DNA of 16,170 nt from an uncultured Chloroflexia bacterium (GTDB lineage: Bacteria; Chloroflexota; Anaerolineae; JAAYZQ01): the NCBI GenBank assembly GCA_963700285.1, contig CAVOXA010000019.1, forward strand, positions 1 to 16,170, written 5' to 3'. Below, one piece after another: positions 1-9,599 of this stretch. Numbering within the stretch: the stretch's first letter is position 1; the number at the start of each line of letters is the position of its first letter. The notes beneath the pieces were generated by a model that saw only the letters and a list, made by a program, of their open reading frames with translations, ran no database searches and was not told the DNA's origin. Position numbers and translations under genes: made by a program.

Positions 1-10
1 CTAGCCAGGT

Positions 11-39
11 TTGACTTTTCGCCCGCTTGCGGGTATCCT
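11..39 (+). promoter_or_regulatory. sigma70-type promoter of the tlyA operon
   Basis: TTGACT (11-16), 17-bp spacer, TATCCT (34-39); ATG at 50 with no Shine-Dalgarno in between. Confidence 0.65.
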
Positions 40-49
40 ATATTTCGTC

Positions 50-886
50 ATGGCCGGTGTTCGGAAGGAACGACTGGATAACCTGCTCGTTGAGCAGGGA
101 TTGGCGGACAGCCAGGAGCAAGCCCAGCGGCTTATCATGGCCGGTCAGGTTGTCGCGGGCGATCAGGTGCTGGACAAACCAGGAAGACAGGTGCCCGCCA
201 GTACCCGACTATCCGTACGGGCCGGTTTGCCCTACGCCAGCCGGGGCGGAATCAAGCTTGCCTCCGCGCTGGATACCTTTGCTCTTGACGTCAACGGCTG
301 GACGGTGGCCGACGTGGGGGCTTCTACCGGCGGGTTCACGGATTGCCTGCTGCAGCGAGGAGCGGCCCGCGTATACGCCATTGACGTTGGCTATGGCCAG
401 CTAGCCTGGAAGCTGCAGCAGGATCCACGTGTCGTGGTGATGGATCGCACCAACGCCCGCAACGTTGGGAGCCTACCCGAGCTTGTACAGATGGCGACGA
501 TCGATGTATCATTCATCTCTCTCAAATCGATCCTGCCCTCTGTGATGGGCTGGCTGCGGCCGGGCGGCCAGATCCTGGCCCTGATCAAACCCCAGTTCGA
601 GGCAAAGCGCAGCCAGGTGGACAAGGGCGGCGTGGTCCGGGATCCGTCTGTCCATCAGGCCGTATTGGAAGGGATCACAACGTGGGCGGGTGGGCAGGGA
701 TTGGGGCTGTTGGGCCTGATCCGCTCACCCATCACCGGGCCAGCGGGCAACGTCGAGTTTCTGGCCCACTGGATGGCCGGCGGCAAAGCCGCAGTCCAGA
801 TTGCCCCACTCATCAGGGCCTGCATAACGCAAGCCGCTGAAGCACAGGTGGGCAGCGCGCCGGCCGAAGGGAGTAGCCGTGCCTAG
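50..886 (+). CDS. tlyA: TlyA family rRNA 2'-O-methyltransferase (S4 + FtsJ-like domains)
   Basis: KERLD S4 start, [41 protein letters not shown] and [13 protein letters not shown] are TlyA hallmarks. Start placed at ATG 50 because the ORF-track TTG at 11 is the -35 box. Confidence 0.95.
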   Translation: MAGVRKERLDNLLVEQGLADSQEQAQRLIMAGQVVAGDQVLDKPGRQVPASTRLSVRAGLPYASRGGIKLASALDTFALDVNGWTVADVGASTGGFTDCLLQRGAARVYAIDVGYGQLAWKLQQDPRVVVMDRTNARNVGSLPELVQMATIDVSFISLKSILPSVMGWLRPGGQILALIKPQFEAKRSQVDKGGVVRDPSVHQAVLEGITTWAGGQGLGLLGLIRSPITGPAGNVEFLAHWMAGGKAAVQIAPLIRACITQAAEAQVGSAPAEGSSRA

Positions 887-2012
887 CATATCGGCCCAGA
901 GACGAAACCGGCTGCTCCTGTGGGCAGCCATGTTCCTGCTGGTCGGCGGCGTAATCTGGGCCGCGCGGGCAGTATTGCTGCCCTACATCATGGGCCTGGT
1001 GCTGGCCTATATCCTGCTGCCCCTGGTCAACTGGCTGGACCGCCACATGCCGGCCAGGCTACACACCTGGCGAATCGCACGACCACTGGCCATCGTCCTG
1101 ACCTACCTACTGCTCTTTATCGTCATAGCTGGCATCGTCGCCTTTTTTGTGCCCCTGCTTATCGATCAGGTGAAGGTCTTGATCGAGAACTGGCCAGGCC
1201 TCGTCGACCGGATGCAGGACTATGGCGCGCGAGGATGGGGTTGGTACACAGAGAATATCCCCGCCGACTGGCAGTTGACGATTGAAACCAATCTGAGAAA
1301 CCTGATTGACGATGCCCTGAATGCAATCCAGACCGGCCTGGTGGCCACCATCACGACCGTGTCCAGTACCATGAGTTTCTTTCTGGGCCTGGTTGTCATC
1401 CCCTTCTGGCTGTTCTATATCCTCCAGGACGAGAAGCAAGTCAAGCAGGGAGTGCTGGGGGCCTTTCCACAACAACTCCGCGATGACGTCCGGTGCATGG
1501 CCCGCCTGATCGACGACGTGCTCAGTGCCTATATCCGCGGCCAGTTGCTTCTGGTTCTCTTTGTGGGGGGGATGGCGACCATTGCCCTGACGATCATCGG
1601 CGTGCCCTTTGCCCTGGTCCTGGGCCTCGTGGCTGGCATCTTTGAGGTGCTGCCCTACGTGGGACCCATCCTGGGGGCCATCCCGGCCGTCGTCGTCGCC
1701 CTCCTGGCCGACCCGGTATCGGCCCTATGGGTGGTGGGAGCCTTTGTTGTCATCCAGCAGGTAGAGAACCTGGTCCTGGTACCCCGTATCTCGGGCAAAA
1801 GCGTCAAACTCCATCCGGCGCTGGTGATGGTGTCCCTTGTCATCGGCAACGAACTGGCCGGATTGCTGGGCATGCTGGTTGCCGTGCCGGTGACGGCCGT
1901 GATCCGCGACGTCTTCAAATACCTCTACCTGCGGTTCCTGGACGAGCCCCTGGATCCTGACGAAGCCCTGACCAGCATCCGGGCTGGCCAGGACGTTCAG
2001 ATGGGCGTATGA
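879..2012 (+). CDS. AI-2E family (UPF0118/PerM) transporter
   Basis: Multi-pass hydrophobic protein with [41 protein letters not shown] and GMLVAVP motifs; GTG start after GGGAG, overlapping the tlyA stop. Confidence 0.92.
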   Translation: MPSISAQRRNRLLLWAAMFLLVGGVIWAARAVLLPYIMGLVLAYILLPLVNWLDRHMPARLHTWRIARPLAIVLTYLLLFIVIAGIVAFFVPLLIDQVKVLIENWPGLVDRMQDYGARGWGWYTENIPADWQLTIETNLRNLIDDALNAIQTGLVATITTVSSTMSFFLGLVVIPFWLFYILQDEKQVKQGVLGAFPQQLRDDVRCMARLIDDVLSAYIRGQLLLVLFVGGMATIALTIIGVPFALVLGLVAGIFEVLPYVGPILGAIPAVVVALLADPVSALWVVGAFVVIQQVENLVLVPRISGKSVKLHPALVMVSLVIGNELAGLLGMLVAVPVTAVIRDVFKYLYLRFLDEPLDPDEALTSIRAGQDVQMGV

Positions 2013-3631
2013 GCGTGACCTCCCAGAAAAGGGCGGGTGCGGAACACCTGCACCCCGGCTTTGGTGCGGTGCTCGTCATCCTGCTGGCGGTATTCGTGGT
2101 GGCACCGCTGACCTACCCCGGCTTTTTCCAGGCGCAAAGCGGCTTCCTGCCAGCCTTCAACGTCGAGCATCTTTCCGACGCGCCGAATTGGGGACGGATC
2201 CCTGATCTCCTGCGCGGTGAAGGCAAGCTGCCATACCTGCTGGCCTGGCCCTTCTTCCTGGGTTCAGGCGGAGGCGTAGCGGCGATAAAGTGGGGCTACG
2301 GCCTGGCTTTCGTGCTGGGGGCGCTGGCCGCCTATGCCTGGACGCGCCACTGGCTGGGTACGCGGGGTGGCCTGCTGGCTGCCATTGTCTACACCTACCT
2401 GCCCTGGCACCTCAGCGCCGTCTATGTGCGGGGCGCCTACGCCGAGGCGTGGCTGTGGGTCTACCTGCCACTCCTTCTGTGGGCCATCGACCGTCTGATG
2501 GAGCGGCGCTTTGTGGCGGCAGGCATCGTCGGGCTGGCGGCATCCCTGGCGGCGCTGTGGACCCAACCGGGGCTCTTTGCCCTGGCCGTACCGCTGCTGG
2601 CCGTTTACGGCGTCGCCATGGCTGTCCCATCACGATGGCGGCCGGGGCGCATCGCGGGAACGCTGGCGGGGGCGCTGGCCGTGTCCCTGCTGCTCCTGTG
2701 GCTCACCGCCCGGATTGTACCTGAGGGCGGCCTATCCTTCACCTATCACTTTGTCTATCCCTTCCAGCTTCTCTCGGCCGCCTGGGGGGACGGCCTCTCG
2801 TTCCAGCTAGGCCTGGCCGGCGTGGGCTTGAGCCTGGTGGCCATGGCCCTCTGGTTGAGCAAACAGCCACAGGGCTCACCAGGCGCTGACCGGAGCGAAG
2901 CTCGCCCTTCGGAACCCGTCATCCTGAGTGAAACGAAGGATCTCGGCCGCGCCCTGTGGTTCTGGGCCATCGCCCTGCTGGTCCTCCTGCTGCTGACGCT
3001 GCCCATCTCGGCCATCTTTTGGCGGGTGAGCGGCTTTGATGCCTTTGTGAGCCAGCCGTGGCAGTTGCTGGCGCTGGCTGCATTGCCCCTGACCTTTCTG
3101 TCCGGCGCCGTGGTGCGGCTTGATCGACGCCTGGCCGCACTGCCGGCCTGGGCAGGGCTCATCGCCTTTGTCATCCTGGCCAGCTACCCCTACCTGGCGC
3201 CGCGCACCACCCAGGTAGACCCCGGTCCCGAGCCGGTGGCTCTGTTTCAGCCCGAGACACAGGCTGCGCCCGAGATCATGCTCCTGGACTATGAGATCGC
3301 CCCGCCGACCGAGATCACGCCCACGCTGACCCTGACGATGACCTGGCAGGCGGTCCAAGCACCGGAGGAGAACTATACGGTCTTTGTCCATACCCTGGCC
3401 GCAGGCGACGAAAAGGCAGCGCAGCGCGACACCTACCCCTGCGATGGGGAATGCCCGACCAGCTCCTGGCAAGCGGGCGAGATCATTGTCGACCGCCACC
3501 AGTTTGACCTCCCGCCGGATGCGCCGGCGGGGCCCTACCGGCTGGCCCTCGGCTTGTACCTCCTGGATACGGGCCAGCGCGTTGCCATCCAGGGCCGCGA
3601 TGATGGCATGGTGGTGATCGATGTCCCATAG
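2009..3631 (+). CDS. GT-C-like multi-pass membrane protein (divergent PTPS-related family) with C-terminal soluble beta-rich domain
   Basis: Shares AAIVYTYLPWHL..YVRGAYAE, F..L.S..WG...SFQLG and QPWQLL motifs with the two downstream paralogs; C-terminal LTWQA...YTVFVH...WQAGEIIVD...GPYRLALGLY domain; ATGA overlap with the upstream gene. Confidence 0.8.
   Translation: MSVTSQKRAGAEHLHPGFGAVLVILLAVFVVAPLTYPGFFQAQSGFLPAFNVEHLSDAPNWGRIPDLLRGEGKLPYLLAWPFFLGSGGGVAAIKWGYGLAFVLGALAAYAWTRHWLGTRGGLLAAIVYTYLPWHLSAVYVRGAYAEAWLWVYLPLLLWAIDRLMERRFVAAGIVGLAASLAALWTQPGLFALAVPLLAVYGVAMAVPSRWRPGRIAGTLAGALAVSLLLLWLTARIVPEGGLSFTYHFVYPFQLLSAAWGDGLSFQLGLAGVGLSLVAMALWLSKQPQGSPGADRSEARPSEPVILSETKDLGRALWFWAIALLVLLLLTLPISAIFWRVSGFDAFVSQPWQLLALAALPLTFLSGAVVRLDRRLAALPAWAGLIAFVILASYPYLAPRTTQVDPGPEPVALFQPETQAAPEIMLLDYEIAPPTEITPTLTLTMTWQAVQAPEENYTVFVHTLAAGDEKAAQRDTYPCDGECPTSSWQAGEIIVDRHQFDLPPDAPAGPYRLALGLYLLDTGQRVAIQGRDDGMVVIDVP
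2918..2944 (+). repeat. REP-like palindrome (GTCATCCTGAG-N-CGAAGGATCT) in frame within the CDS
   Basis: gtcatcctgagtgaaacgaaggatctc with an ATCCT/AGGAT stem; encodes VILSETKDL in a hydrophilic loop between predicted TM helices. Confidence 0.7.
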
Positions 3632-5560
3632 GGAGAGACGACGGACGAGGGAGGACGGAGGACAGGACTCGGGGCGGCGACGTTTCGCCTTTGACCCCAA
3701 CATCCTGCTCGTTATCCTCTTCTCTTTGTTCACCATCGGGCCGCTGTTGCAGCCGGGCTATCCCTGGGACGCCCACGATGCCCGGCACAGCGTCTATTTT
3801 CTCTTCGAGTTCGACCAGGGCATCCAGGACGGCATCCTGTTCCCCCGCTGGCAGCCGGACTTTGCCTTCGGCTACGGCTACCCCTTCTTCAACATCTATG
3901 GACCGCTGTCAACCTACGCCGGCGAAGCCTTTCACCTGATGGGCTTTGGCTTCACCGAGGCGATCAAGATCGTCCTGGCCCTGTCGGTCGCGGCTTCGGG
4001 GCTGGCCATGTACGGTTTCGTCAAGCAGGTCCTGGGCCGGCGGGCCGGCCTGGTGGCCGCTGTCGCCTACATGGTCATTCCCTACCGGCTGGTGGACCTC
4101 TACGTTCGCACCGCCCTGGCCGAGTCGGCCGCCTATGTCTTTGTGCCGCTGGTACTCTGGGGCGCGTGGGCCACCCTCTACCGGCCGCGATGGGCCAACG
4201 TGCTGGGCCTGGCCTTCGCCTACGCCGCGCTGCTGGTGACCCATCCCCTCACGGCACTGCTGCTGAGCCTGATCCTGGTTTTCTACATCGCCGCTCTGGC
4301 ACTGGCCCGGATCAATGACAGGCAGCCATGGCGCCGGTTGAGCTGGGGCTCGTTCTGGACCCTGCTGGGGCACCTGGGCAATGTCCTGTTGCCTACGGCC
4401 ACGGGGCTCGTCCTGGGCCTGGGCCTCAGCGCCTTTTTCCTGCTGCCGGCCATGACGGAGAACCGCTTTGTGCGCGTCGATCAGTGGTACGGCGGGCGCT
4501 ATGCCTGGGGCGGCGACTTTGTCGAGTTCTTCCAGCTTTTCTCGCCCAAATGGGGGTTCGGCACCAGTGTTCCCGGGCCCGAAGACGACATCAGTTTCCA
4601 GTTGGGCCTGGTACCCATCGTCCTCAGCCTGCTGGCCCTGGTGCCCCTGTTCAGCAAGCCCTTGAGGGCGCGTTTGAGCCCCTCTGCCCGGCGCCTCATC
4701 GCCTTCTTTGCGGCGCTGACCGCCGTAGTCGTCTACCTCATGTTGGGCGCCTCGGCCCCCTTGTGGCAGATCCTGCCCCTGGCACGCCTGGCCCAGTTCC
4801 CCTGGCGGCTGCTGGCCCTGACCGTCGTCTCCATGTCCTTCCTGTGCGGAGCCGCAGCCCGGCCCGCCGTGGTCCGGCGCGCCGGGACCCGGGGCGCGTC
4901 CAGAAAGGACAGCCCGCTGCCTGATGCGGCGCACCAGGCCGAACCCTGCCTGGTGCGAGCACCCTCATCCTCGTCGCCCTGCTGGTCCTGGGCAGCCTGC
5001 CCTACATGCGCGCTGAGGTCTCAGAGCGGGAGGTGTCGCTGGCGGGACTGATGCAGTTCCAGCAATCGGCCGACGAGATGACCGGCTCCACGGCCTGGGT
5101 GACCCAGATCCCTGGCTGGTCCGACCTGGCCGACTATCACATCGCCGGCAGACCCATTACCTCCAGGGTCAACTATGTCTATCTGTACCGGCAGCCCGGA
5201 CGGGTGAAAGCCCAAACCCTGGATCTGCGCACCGACCGCGAGCTGGTCGAGTACAGCGCCCAGCGGCCGGTACTGATAACCTTCAACACCTTCTACTACC
5301 CGGGCTGGCACGCCTACCTTTTGGACGCGGAGACGAATGCCCTGCGCGAAGAGCTGCCCATCTCCCTGCGCGGCGAACTGGGCCTCATCACCGTCCGGGT
5401 GCCGGAAGGTGTGGGCCGGGTGCTGCTCCGGTTCGAGGACACGCCCATCCGCAAGTTCGGCCTGGCGGTCACCCTGGCCAGCCTGGCCCTGGCCGCCCTC
5501 CTGGGCATAGCCGGCCTTATGCTCCGCCCCAAAAAGCCTCGAGCAGGTCAGGCACCATGA
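3621..5560 (+). CDS. GT-C-like 'PTPS-related' membrane protein with YfhO-like C-terminus, frameshifted near 4925-4955 (ORFs 3621-5051 and 5006-5560 are one gene)
   Basis: DAHDA..FL.EFD..G...RW.PD...GYGYP motifs align with paralog 5557-7392. Homology (STLILVALLVLGSLPY vs RILILALVVILGSAAY) continues in the -1 frame and runs through FYYPGW to the stop at 5560. Confidence 0.85.
3637..3667 (+). repeat. degenerate heptamer tandem repeat (GACGACG/GACGAGG/GACGGAG)
   Basis: gacgacggacgagggaggacggaggacagga at the 5' end of the gene; a reverse-complement-type tract lies at 5621-5647. Confidence 0.45.
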
Positions 5561-7392
5561 CGCCAGCCTCAGACGCCAAACATCCATCGCCCGCCCTGAG
5601 CGCAGCCGAAGGGTCTATCATCCGTCGTCCATGGTCCGCCGTCCGCCGCATCGACCCCTACATCTGGCTGGTCATCGCCTTCTCTCTCTTTGCCGTGCTG
5701 CCGCTGGCGGGGCCGGACTATTTTTTTGATGCCCACGACGCGCCACACACCGTTTTCTTCCTGACCGAATTCGATGCGGCGCTGCGGGATGGCGTGTGGT
5801 ATCCCGGCTGGGCCACCGACCAAGCGCTGGGCTATGGCTACCCCACCTTTGTCTTTTACCCGCCCCTGGCCTACTATGCCGCCGAGGGCTTCCACCTGCT
5901 CGGCGCCAGCAAAGTCGTCGCCGTCAAGTGGGTCTGGGCGCTGGCCACGGTGGGCGCCGGCCTGGCCATGTACGCCTATGGCCGCCGGGCCATGAGCCGC
6001 CGGGTCATGAGCCGCCGGGTCATGAGCCGCCGGGGCCTGCTGGCCGCCGTCGTCTACGTCTACATCCCCTACCACCTGGCCGATATCTATGTCCGCGGCG
6101 ATCTGGCCGAGTACAGCGTCTTTGTCTGGATGCCCCTGGCGCTGCTGGCCTTCCACCGCCTGGCCGAACGGCCAACGGCGCGCCGCCTGGCCCTGGCCGC
6201 GCTCGCCTACGGCGCGCTGTGGCTGACCCACAACGTCACCGGGCTGGTCTTCACCCCTCTGCTGGCGGCCTACGTCCTGTACCGCCTGCTGGTGGAGGGG
6301 ACTGCCTGGCGGGATAGGCTTGTGCGGGCAGCGGCCGCCCTGGGCGGAGCGCTGCTGGGGCTGGGCATCGCCGCGGCGCTCATCGTACCCAACCTGCTGG
6401 AGCGCTCCTACATCCTCCAGGCGCAGTGGGTCCGCGCCGGCTACGACTATGCCCTACACTTTGTGCAGCCCTTCCACTTTCTCTCCTCTGCCTGGGGCTA
6501 TGCGCCCGGCGTGCCAGGCGCGGAGGGCGGCATGTCCTACCAACTGGGCGCCGTGGCCCTCATCCTGGCCATCGTCGCGGCCGTTTGCGCCCTCTGGCGC
6601 GCGGCCAGCGAACAGAGCCTCATCCTCTTCTATACCGGCTCGACGCTGCTCCTGCTCTTCTTCATGCTGCCCCTCTCGACGCCCCTGTGGGAAGCCCTGC
6701 CGCTGGCGGCCTTGATCCAGTTTCCCTGGCGGCTACTGGCCCTCACCTCGGTGACGCTGGCCATCCTCGCCGGATTCGCCATCCCCGGCCGCTGTCGGGT
6801 TGTCGACCCCGACGCTCCGCGGCGGCTCGACGCCCGGATCCTGATCTTGGCCCTGGTGGTCATCCTGGGCAGCGCCGCGTACACCCTGCCCCAGTATACG
6901 CCCATCCCCGAGAGCGCCGAGGGGCCGCTGCTGTCCATCGAGTTTGAGCTGGAATACACCGACATGCGGGGCATGACCGCCTGGACCCAGGAGCTGCCGC
7001 CCAACTCGCCGCTGGTGGCCCAGTACCTGGCCGGCAGCGACCTGGTGACCGCGGAAGCCCTGGCGCCGGGCGCGTCCCTGGAGATGATCCGGGCCGGCGG
7101 CGCCTCCGACGAGCTGTGGGTGCGCTCCGAGGACGGCACGGCGTTGCGTTTCTACACCTACTACTACCCCGGCTGGCGCGTCTATGTGGATGGCCGGCGG
7201 CTCCCCGAGTCGGCCCTCCGCCCCGAGACGGTCTACGGCCTGCTGACGGTGGACATCCCGCCCGGCGAACACCACGTCCTCCTGCGCTGGGGCGACACGC
7301 CGCTGCGGCTTACGGGCAAGGTATTGAGCCTGGTTTCACTGGCGATTGCACTGGTACTGCTGGTATCGCCTTGGCGCAGGGCAAAAGACTGA
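5557..7392 (+). CDS. GT-C-like 'PTPS-related' membrane protein with YfhO-like C-terminus
   Basis: DAHDAPH..FFL.EFD, GYGYP.F.FYPPL, YVRGDLAE, IQFPWRLL, YYPGWRVYVDG and VDIPPGEHHVLLRW; many hydrophobic segments; ATGA overlap with the upstream gene. Confidence 0.88.
   Translation: MTPASDAKHPSPALSAAEGSIIRRPWSAVRRIDPYIWLVIAFSLFAVLPLAGPDYFFDAHDAPHTVFFLTEFDAALRDGVWYPGWATDQALGYGYPTFVFYPPLAYYAAEGFHLLGASKVVAVKWVWALATVGAGLAMYAYGRRAMSRRVMSRRVMSRRGLLAAVVYVYIPYHLADIYVRGDLAEYSVFVWMPLALLAFHRLAERPTARRLALAALAYGALWLTHNVTGLVFTPLLAAYVLYRLLVEGTAWRDRLVRAAAALGGALLGLGIAAALIVPNLLERSYILQAQWVRAGYDYALHFVQPFHFLSSAWGYAPGVPGAEGGMSYQLGAVALILAIVAAVCALWRAASEQSLILFYTGSTLLLLFFMLPLSTPLWEALPLAALIQFPWRLLALTSVTLAILAGFAIPGRCRVVDPDAPRRLDARILILALVVILGSAAYTLPQYTPIPESAEGPLLSIEFELEYTDMRGMTAWTQELPPNSPLVAQYLAGSDLVTAEALAPGASLEMIRAGGASDELWVRSEDGTALRFYTYYYPGWRVYVDGRRLPESALRPETVYGLLTVDIPPGEHHVLLRWGDTPLRLTGKVLSLVSLAIALVLLVSPWRRAKD
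5593..5613 (+). repeat. CCTGAGC..CGAAGG REP-like repeat in the N-terminal coding sequence
   Basis: gccctgagcgcagccgaaggg (ALSAAEG) resembles the reverse complement of cccttcgaaagactcagggc at 11588. Confidence 0.6.
5981..6034 (+). repeat. 15-bp tandem repeat, 3.6 copies (GCCGCCGGGTCATGA)
   Basis: gccgccgggccatga gccgccgggtcatga gccgccgggtcatga gccgccggg, encoding RRAMS-RRVMS-RRVMS-RR. Confidence 0.95.
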
Positions 7393-7601
7393 CTCAAGCC
7401 CGCGAGACGATCCGCTCAGCCACATGCCTATCGATGGCCCCCCTGGTAAGCGTTGCCGGGTTCTGGCAGTTCTACACAACAGCGAATTTGTAAAGCAGCG
7501 AACTCCCTGTCGACAGACTTGTGGGGGCTAAACGCAACCGTCATTGAGGGGTTCCACCAGGGCTATTGCATTGTCCCTTGACACGTACTGCATACCAGAC
7601 C

Positions 7602-7640
7602 CGTCATTGCGAGTCGCGCTGTTTGCGCCGAAGCAATCCC
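7602..7640. repeat. REP-like palindrome (GTCATTGCGAG-N-CGAAGCAATC) between convergent genes
   Basis: cgtcattgcgagtcgcgctgtttgcgccgaagcaatccc with an ATTGC/GCAAT stem; same architecture as 2918-2944; partial copy cgtcattgag at 7539. Confidence 0.7.
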
Positions 7641-7674
7641 CAAGACACAGAAGGAGGACAAGAGGTTCCTTGCT

Positions 7675-7712
7675 TTCTTGGCGCTCGCCGACTTCCAGCC
7701 GGCTGCGTCTTT
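7675..7712. repeat. TCACCGC-AAAG palindrome family, copy A (right arm with inserted hairpin)
   Basis: ttcttggcgctcgccgacttccagccggctgcgtcttt closely matches 15188-15225, 15881-15916 and 16063-16100. Confidence 0.85.
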
Positions 7713-7762
7713 CATGAGCTGATTCCAGAACAGTCGTATTACGCCGCCAGCACACTGCCCCA

Positions 7763-9599
7763 TCACAGATCGCTCTGCCAGTTCCAGCCGGCAGCTTCCA
7801 ACGCGACCAGCGCCGCGAATCTGCCTCCCTGGCGGATCAGCGCTTCCGGGGCGCCCTGCTCGACTATGGACCCACCTTCCAGCACCACCACCCGGTCTGC
7901 CTCACGCGCCGTGGACAGACGGTGGGCCACAGTGACCACGGCGCGCTGGCGCCCATCATCCCCATGCAGGACCGCACGCAGTGCGGCGCGGACCTCGGCC
8001 TCGCTGACATTGTCCACCGCGGCCGTCGCCTCGTCCAGCAGCAGCAGCGCCGGGTCCCAGACCAGCGCCCGCGCCAGCGACAACAATTGCTGCTGCCCCG
8101 CGGAGAGCTGGATGCCCTTGCCCCGGCCTGTACCGCACAGCCACGTATCGTAGCCCGCTGGCAGCGTCGAGACAAAACCATCGACGCCGGCCATGCGTGC
8201 CGCCTGCTCCACCGATTCGCGCGGCACCGATGCGTCACCCAGGGTCAGGTTGTCCCAGACGGTGCCGCCGAACAACTGCACCGTCTGCGGCACCACGCCT
8301 ACCACGCGCCGCCGCTCAGCGTCCGAGAGCGCGCGCGGATCCGTGCCGGCGACAGATATCTGCCCGGACCAGGGCGCATACAGCCCGCATAGCAGGCTTA
8401 TCGCGCTGCTCTTCCCGGCGCCTGTCCGTCCTACCAGCGCCAGTTGCTCGCCCGGCTGTACTGCCAGCGTGATGCCGTGCAGCACAGGATGCCCAGGGAT
8501 ATAGCCAAAGACTACGTCGCGCAACTCGACCACCGCGCCGTTGCCCGCTGGCAGAGTGCTCGTGACCCCCAAGGGTGGAAGATGCTCCGTTGCCGGGGCG
8601 CGCTCGATTGGCAGTTCCAGAACCTGGACGATGCGCTCGATACCGGAGGACGCGCTCTGTACGGTCTGCCAGTCCTCGCCGAGGTTTCGGATCGGCTCGA
8701 AAAACCGCTGAAACAGCAGGATGAAGGCGGTCAGCGTGCCGATGGAGATGCCCAAGGTTAGACCCATGCCACCCGTGCCTGCCCAGAGAAGAAAGGCCAC
8801 CCCGGTTGCCACCAACACGGTCAGCAGCGGCGTGTAGAACACATTATACGAAAGCGCGCGCCTGTAGGCGTCGAGCGTGCGGCCCAGCGCCAGACGAAAG
8901 CGGGCGCAAAAGTCATCCTCAAGGCCAAAGGCGCGCACCACCTCGACACCAGCCAGAGTCTCCTGCAGGTGCACGTTCAGGGAGCCGATCACCCGCCGCC
9001 GATCCCGCTCCGCATCGCGGATCCGTACCTGGAAAAAGCGCGTCACCAGCGCCAGGGGCGGGATCAGCAACAGCGCAACCAGCGCCAGGGGAGGGCTGAG
9101 GATCACCATCGCCGCCAGGGCGGTGAGCAGTTGTACCATCCGGGTCAGCAGCTGCGAGATGCCCGTCGTAAAGAGCGTGTCGACGGTGTCCACGTCCGCC
9201 GTGCAGCGACTGATGGCGTCGCCCAGGGGTGTGACATCGTAATAGCTGAGTGGCAGGCGTTGCAGATGTGCAAAGAGGCGCACGCGCAGGTCGCGCAGCG
9301 TCTTTTGCGCCACGTACCCGGTGAGATAGATGACGACAAAGTCCAATCCTTCCGCCACCGCCCTGGCGCCCAGGTACAACAGCGCCAGCGCCAATACGCC
9401 GCGCAGAACGCCGGCCGCCAGATGGTCATCGATGATGCGCGCCATCAACAAGGGCGGAATGACGGCAAAGGCTTCGGCCAGCAGCACGGTCAGGGCAATG
9501 ACCGCGATCAGGGCCCGGTGGGGACGCAGCAGCGGGCGCAGTTCCCGCCAGGCCGTACCCCTGGGCTGGGCCGGTGAGGTGACTTTGGCCGCTGCTCAC
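7763..9599 (-). CDS. ABC exporter half-transporter (TMD+NBD), second subunit; 5' end out of frame with its likely GTG start
   Basis: Walker A GRTGAGKS, signature LSAGQQQ, Walker B LLLLDEAT, H-loop VAHRLST. The coding frame extends upstream of the ORF-track start at 9487 (AWRELRPLLRPHRALIAVIALT) to the upstream TGA, but the GGAGG-preceded GTG at 9599 is in another frame. Confidence 0.85.

Noticed and set aside
50-886. Hemolysin or virulence interpretation of tlyA
   Set aside because: The sequence supports only the widespread rRNA methyltransferase function.
2876-4934. Long - strand ORFs (286 aa, 341 aa) and other shadow ORFs over the left operon and ABC genes
   Set aside because: Typical GC-rich antisense or alternate-frame ORFs overlapping well-supported genes.
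5006-5560. Independent 184-aa gene
   Set aside because: Homology to the paralog continues upstream of its ATG; it is the C-terminal part of the frameshifted gene starting at 3621.
7528-7766. Small ORFs here and at 11434-11742, 12476-12766, 15041-15232, 15837-16170
   Set aside because: They are translations of the palindromic repeats (shared RRLPAGCVF or FLASFASWR peptides), not supported genes.
9570-9598. Selenocysteine recoding of the in-frame TGA
   Set aside because: No convincing SECIS hairpin after the TGA and the position is a linker; an indel is simpler.
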